From: a virus
DNA: 64,000 nucleotides
Direction: 5' to 3' (one strand)
IMG/VR virus record: IMGVR_UViG_3300012920_000022
Location: 71,756-135,755 of that record
Shown here: piece by piece, positions 59,786-64,000 of the stretch
How the letters are laid out: every line of letters begins with the position of its first letter
Position numbering within the stretch: the first letter of the stretch is position 1
The notes under the pieces: model-generated
Databases searched by the model: none
What the model was told of the DNA's origin: nothing
What the model saw: the letters and a program-made list of their open reading frames with translations, nothing else
Made by a program: the position numbers and the translations under genes

Positions 59786-60964
59786 TTAGAATATTTTAGG
59801 TATATAAACAAAATTTTTATTAACCTTATCTTTACCTATGGACAACAATATTGTATTTATAGGGTCTAAAAATGTCTTATTGTACATAGAAGATAGGTTT
59901 ATTTTTGGTGCTATCTCTTTTGGAAAATCTCCATTTAACGGAAAACCAAATGGCTGATCATTGATATCGTAATACCAGCATATTTTATCACCATTGGTTA
60001 TTAATGGATATGAATTCAACAGATTATGTTTTTTTATCATGTGATTATACCTAGCAGATGCTTTAACTTGTATGGGAGTTCCAGAATTTACCTTCACCCC
60101 ATGCTGATCATCTTGTATGACATTCTTAGTATATGTGGTTATTCTTTCAGTTTTAGATATGGAGTAATAATTTAAATCATCAGCATGAAGCTTATACATA
60201 TCCTTTATAGATTTGGCTTTGGATAATATTTTCTCATGGCTAGCATTATTAATTATCAATTTAACCATATCTAACATGGAATCTCTTGAAAATTTGCTAT
60301 AAACATATTTAATAATTTCAAGACCTTTCACGGAAAATTTATCCATGAATTCATATGTTTGTTTTTTATACCATTGGCTAACCTTCACATATCTTTTTTT
60401 AGTAGCCCATAATATTTTATAACAAAATTCCTCTAATTCCAACCTAGGTTCCCCTATATCTATATCACCAGCACCCATTGCAGCGAAATATTCCCTGGAT
60501 TTATCCAGATAATAAGGATAGATGTGATAATTCCATACTTTCATGGAAAAATCTAACATATTCATATCAGTGATTGTGGAATCATATATAGTTTGCATAT
60601 CTAAAAATATGGAATCTGTATCCATATATAACACTACATCACTATCAATTGGATTATTAAACGATATATCATCATCATTCTCTATTGATGATTCCCATTC
60701 TTGACTGAAAAAATCATTTATAATTTTTTCAGTCAATTTAATTAAGCCAACTGCTGATGCGGTAACTGATTTAGCAACATCTCTCATGTAATCAACAAAA
60801 TAGGGATAACCCATAACTCCATAAACACTATTTAGAAGTATTTTTAGTGCCTGATCAGCATTTCTATGCAAAGATGATAATCTAGTTAATCTTTGGATTT
60901 CTTTTTTTATATCATCAGAATTTGTTAAATCAAGATTGGGGTCTATATGTACAAAATCTTCCAT
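59786..60964 (-). CDS. gp43: Family B DNA polymerase, C-terminal subunit (motifs B and C, thumb)
   Basis: Motif B QALKILLNSVYG, motif C YMDTDS, KKRY, VKGLE. Confidence 0.92.
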   Translation of the reverse strand: MEDFVHIDPNLDLTNSDDIKKEIQRLTRLSSLHRNADQALKILLNSVYGVMGYPYFVDYMRDVAKSVTASAVGLIKLTEKIINDFFSQEWESSIENDDDISFNNPIDSDVVLYMDTDSIFLDMQTIYDSTITDMNMLDFSMKVWNYHIYPYYLDKSREYFAAMGAGDIDIGEPRLELEEFCYKILWATKKRYVKVSQWYKKQTYEFMDKFSVKGLEIIKYVYSKFSRDSMLDMVKLIINNASHEKILSKAKSIKDMYKLHADDLNYYSISKTERITTYTKNVIQDDQHGVKVNSGTPIQVKASARYNHMIKKHNLLNSYPLITNGDKICWYYDINDQPFGFPLNGDFPKEIAPKINLSSMYNKTFLDPINTILLSIGKDKVNKNFVYIPKIF

Positions 60965-60967
60965 ATG

Positions 60968-61903
60968 CTATATTAATATTTCTTCACAATTACATAATAA
61001 TTCCAAACAATGGGCTTTATCAACAATATTATTATTGCGCAAATCAATGCGTTTCAAATTATTCAAATCACCAATGGATTCTGGTAAATGAGTTAATTGA
61101 TTATCGTTCAAATAAAGATAATCCAACTTTTTTAATTTACCAATGGATTCTGGTAAATGGGTTAATTGATTTACATTAAAATTTAACCCAATAATTTCAC
61201 TCATATTACCGATGGATTCTGGTAAATGAGTTAATTGGTTATCAAATATGCTTATTTGATAAACCTTAGTTAAATTACCAATAGATTCTGGTAAATGAGT
61301 TAACTGATTAGTGAAACATTCTATCCATTCTAAATTGGTCAATTTACCCATAGATTCTGGTAAATTGACCAATTTATTGGAACTGACTACTAACTCTTTA
61401 AGCTTTTTCAAATTACCAATAGATTCCGGTAAATGGGTTAATTGATTACGTTGAGCATCCAGTGATTCTAAATTAACCAATCTACCAATAGAATCTGGTA
61501 GATTGGTTAATTTATTTTTATGTACATGTAAACTTATTAATTTGGTTAGATTACCAATAGAATCTGGTAGACTGGTTAATTGATTAAATTGCAGATGGAG
61601 ACTAGATATGCCCCATATATAATCTCCAAAATTTGTGGGTAATTCACATATAGATTTATCACCTAAAAGCAGGTGTTTCCTATCACATAATATGCTTGGC
61701 ATATAATGAATACATATATGGGGATATAAGTCTGCAAATATGGATTTGATATTATCAGGTATCCTATCAACTGGTATACCTGTACATATTTGGAATGCTA
61801 AATGGATATTATTGATGTCATCAGATTTCAATAATTTCAGCAAACTCCTTTCTGTATATTCAGGTAATACCATATCATTCATTATCATTGATACCCAACA
61901 CAA
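60968..61903 (-). CDS. LRR protein (LRR-11)
   Basis: N-cap LLKSDDINNIHLAF...YPHICIHY; NQLTHLPESIG repeats; true start probably a few codons downstream. Confidence 0.93.
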   Translation of the reverse strand: MCWVSMIMNDMVLPEYTERSLLKLLKSDDINNIHLAFQICTGIPVDRIPDNIKSIFADLYPHICIHYMPSILCDRKHLLLGDKSICELPTNFGDYIWGISSLHLQFNQLTSLPDSIGNLTKLISLHVHKNKLTNLPDSIGRLVNLESLDAQRNQLTHLPESIGNLKKLKELVVSSNKLVNLPESMGKLTNLEWIECFTNQLTHLPESIGNLTKVYQISIFDNQLTHLPESIGNMSEIIGLNFNVNQLTHLPESIGKLKKLDYLYLNDNQLTHLPESIGDLNNLKRIDLRNNNIVDKAHCLELLCNCEEILI

Positions 61904-62708
61904 ATAGATAGGTTTCTTCTATGAAATGATAATCTTTGGGTAATTCCAAACTACATTTAAACATATGTAATCCACTGGTAGTTTTAATGATTTCAGCATC
62001 ATATCTATAATTACCCATATTACTAGTGGCTGCTTTATGTACATTAAAACCAGTGGTGATATTAGTCTTAACTCCATTATTGTGGGTTAATTTCCATAAA
62101 TCATCATTTATATCACTAAATACAACCTTGTTGTTATCAAATGACATTTTATAGACTATATTATCTTTATCCATGGAAAAATACTTTTTGATCCTAAACA
62201 AAATATTAGGATCAATAACTAACTGCCCCAGTACTTCTCCGGTGGTGATTTTATCCCACTTATCATCATCCAGGTATTTTATTAAATTAAATTCAACACC
62301 AGGAATATTGAGACTATCAGTGGAGGTATTTAAGTTTATAGAGAGACCATCATATATCCCATCACCAACGCTATTACAGTCTATGACCATTTTAGCATAT
62401 TCAGAATCAGAATATTTGTTTATAGTCTCTAACCATGCGGCAAAACTCTTCATTTTCCTAAATGGGAACTTGAGCAGCTTAAAATCATCAGGGCATTTGG
62501 TAATTTTATATATATTTTCAGAATGAGCACGAGTATATTTTACATAAGTAGTATCTATTGGAAAACTTTTACAATCTATACTATCTTTTCTAAAATTTAC
62601 TATATCAAAATCTTGGATTATATCATGTTTAGAAGATTCCTTGGTTACCCATGCATTTACTAAATGGGTATATAAATTTAGTAAATTTATTTCAAACGAT
62701 ATTTTCAT
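61875..62708 (-). CDS. Possible sliding clamp (gp45-like)
   Basis: 277 aa, alpha/beta composition, located in the replication cluster; no diagnostic motif. Confidence 0.4.
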   Translation of the reverse strand: MKISFEINLLNLYTHLVNAWVTKESSKHDIIQDFDIVNFRKDSIDCKSFPIDTTYVKYTRAHSENIYKITKCPDDFKLLKFPFRKMKSFAAWLETINKYSDSEYAKMVIDCNSVGDGIYDGLSINLNTSTDSLNIPGVEFNLIKYLDDDKWDKITTGEVLGQLVIDPNILFRIKKYFSMDKDNIVYKMSFDNNKVVFSDINDDLWKLTHNNGVKTNITTGFNVHKAATSNMGNYRYDAEIIKTTSGLHMFKCSLELPKDYHFIEETYLFVLGINDNE

Positions 62709-63241
62709 TTTTTTAGTTGTTTACTGATAATGTTATTTTCTGATTCCTCATCTCTACTATATTTCACATCAGGTCTGCCACCTGGATATCTATTTTCTAA
62801 TTTTATGATATTAAACTCCATTACATCATAAATACTAATATCTAATAAAGTTATAATATTCATAAAATACCACAATAGATCACCAGATTCTGTTATAACT
62901 TTGTACTTTATGTCGTCTCTACCGTGAAATGCAACTTTTTTCACAGAACCCAGCATTTCTCCCATCTCTTCAGCCAATCCCATGAGTAGATAATAAAAAT
63001 CATCGGTGGTACCAGATGATCTCATGTTGAATTTCTCTTTACAAAATGATACATAGTTAGCCAATATGGTATCCCTTATATTATAAGGTAAAGGTACTTG
63101 TAATTCATCCAACACTATTTTTCTACCATACCATTTGCGTTTTATGGCTTTTATAGAAATCAGATCATTGGATATTCTATTAATTGTTATATCACCCGAA
63201 TCTGACCATTTATCTATAAATTCATTTATCTTAATTTTCAT
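62705..63241 (-). CDS. MazG-like NTP pyrophosphohydrolase
   Basis: GLAEEMGEMLGSVKK...ESGDLLWY...NIIKLENRY. Confidence 0.88.
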   Translation of the reverse strand: MKIKINEFIDKWSDSGDITINRISNDLISIKAIKRKWYGRKIVLDELQVPLPYNIRDTILANYVSFCKEKFNMRSSGTTDDFYYLLMGLAEEMGEMLGSVKKVAFHGRDDIKYKVITESGDLLWYFMNIITLLDISIYDVMEFNIIKLENRYPGGRPDVKYSRDEESENNIISKQLKK

Positions 63242-63758
63242 AAACAGTCATAATTATATTAATACATTGATTGATATTAAACCTATGTGTATCTATTATA
63301 ATACCATCGTGGTTATAGTTATCAAATATATCATTATCTCTATTAATCCTGGTTGATATAGAATCTTTGCTCATGTTCCTATCTATTAATCTAGATTCTA
63401 TAATATCTGGTGGAGCAGTTAACAATACCAATATCCATTTAAAATCGGTAAATTTTAAAAAGTGGTTAATTTTTGATGGCAAACATATAAAAACATCACA
63501 AGAATCTATGTGATTTTTACTAGTTCCATAATAATTATCCTTAAAATTAGAATATTGTAGGAATTCACCATTATCTACCATTTTTTCAAATATATGTGGA
63601 CTTACAAAATGGTAGTGTTTACCATCAATCTCACCATCTCTGGGAATTCTGGTGGTATATGATATAGACGATATTAATGATAACTCTTGGAGTGCGTGTT
63701 GTATTGTAGATTTACCAGTGCCACCTCTACCTAGCAATATTATTTTGGGCTTTTTCAT
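63231..63758 (-). CDS. gmk: Guanylate kinase
   Basis: GRGGTGKS, SYTTR.PRDGEIDGKHYHFVS, YYGT. Confidence 0.9.
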   Translation of the reverse strand: MKKPKIILLGRGGTGKSTIQHALQELSLISSISYTTRIPRDGEIDGKHYHFVSPHIFEKMVDNGEFLQYSNFKDNYYGTSKNHIDSCDVFICLPSKINHFLKFTDFKWILVLLTAPPDIIESRLIDRNMSKDSISTRINRDNDIFDNYNHDGIIIDTHRFNINQCINIIMTVYEN

Positions 63759-63797
63759 ATGTTTGCTAAGTAGAAATAGCGTTTCTGGTTACCAATA

Positions 63798-64000
63798 TTA
63801 TTTAGTGGTAGACTTGGTAGATTTTGATTTAGTGGTAGACTTGGTAGCCTTTACTGATTTAGTGGTAGACTTGGTAGCCTTTACTGGTTCAGTTGGTTCA
63901 TCCTTTACTGGTTCAGTTGGTTCATCCTTTACTGGTTCAGTTGGTTCATCCTTTACTGGTTCAGTTGGTTCATCCTTTACTGGTTCAGTTGGTTCATCCT
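63798..64000 (-). repeat. 3' end of a CDS built from tandem repeats (start outside the window)
   Basis: 24-nt unit CCTTTACTGGTTCAGTTGGTTCAT x5+ (DEPTEPVK), then KATKSTTKSV-type units; stop TAA at 63800-63798. Confidence 0.85.

Noticed and set aside
1-64000. Eukaryotic giant virus or bacterial chromosome origin, suggested by LRR expansion and Mre11-Rad50 fusion
   Set aside because: gp23-like capsid, gp21-like protease, tail tube, tail-collar fibre, UvsX, gp41 and overlapping operonic genes indicate a tailed bacteriophage

Overview
This is a very AT-rich, densely coding 64-kb segment of a large T4-related (jumbo-type) myovirus genome. The host is probably a Bacteroidota bacterium, inferred from the lack of Shine-Dalgarno motifs and the A-rich start contexts. 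Recognisable core genes are: major capsid protein, prohead protease fused to a repetitive scaffold, tail tube, tail fibre with collar domain, a family B DNA polymerase split into two genes about 34 kb apart, gp41 helicase, UvsX, fused Mre11-Rad50, clamp loader, RNase H/FEN, RuvC-like resolvase, three DNA methyltransferase-like genes and several nucleotide-metabolism genes. The most unusual features are: (1) eleven leucine-rich-repeat genes with a shared N-terminal cap, conserved repeat frameworks and hypervariable binding-face residues, two of them disrupted; (2) a four-copy regulatory cassette made of a TGACA-N3-TGTCA palindrome exactly 12 bp upstream of a sigma54-like TGGCACGATTTTTGTA element, driving two HTH proteins and an unknown paralog family; (3) a tRNA-like RNA with an oversized D-arm; (4) a PurB homologue that has lost catalytic residues; (5) a small ORF enclosed by twin perfect hairpins. 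All calls come from motif recognition by eye; no database searches were run.
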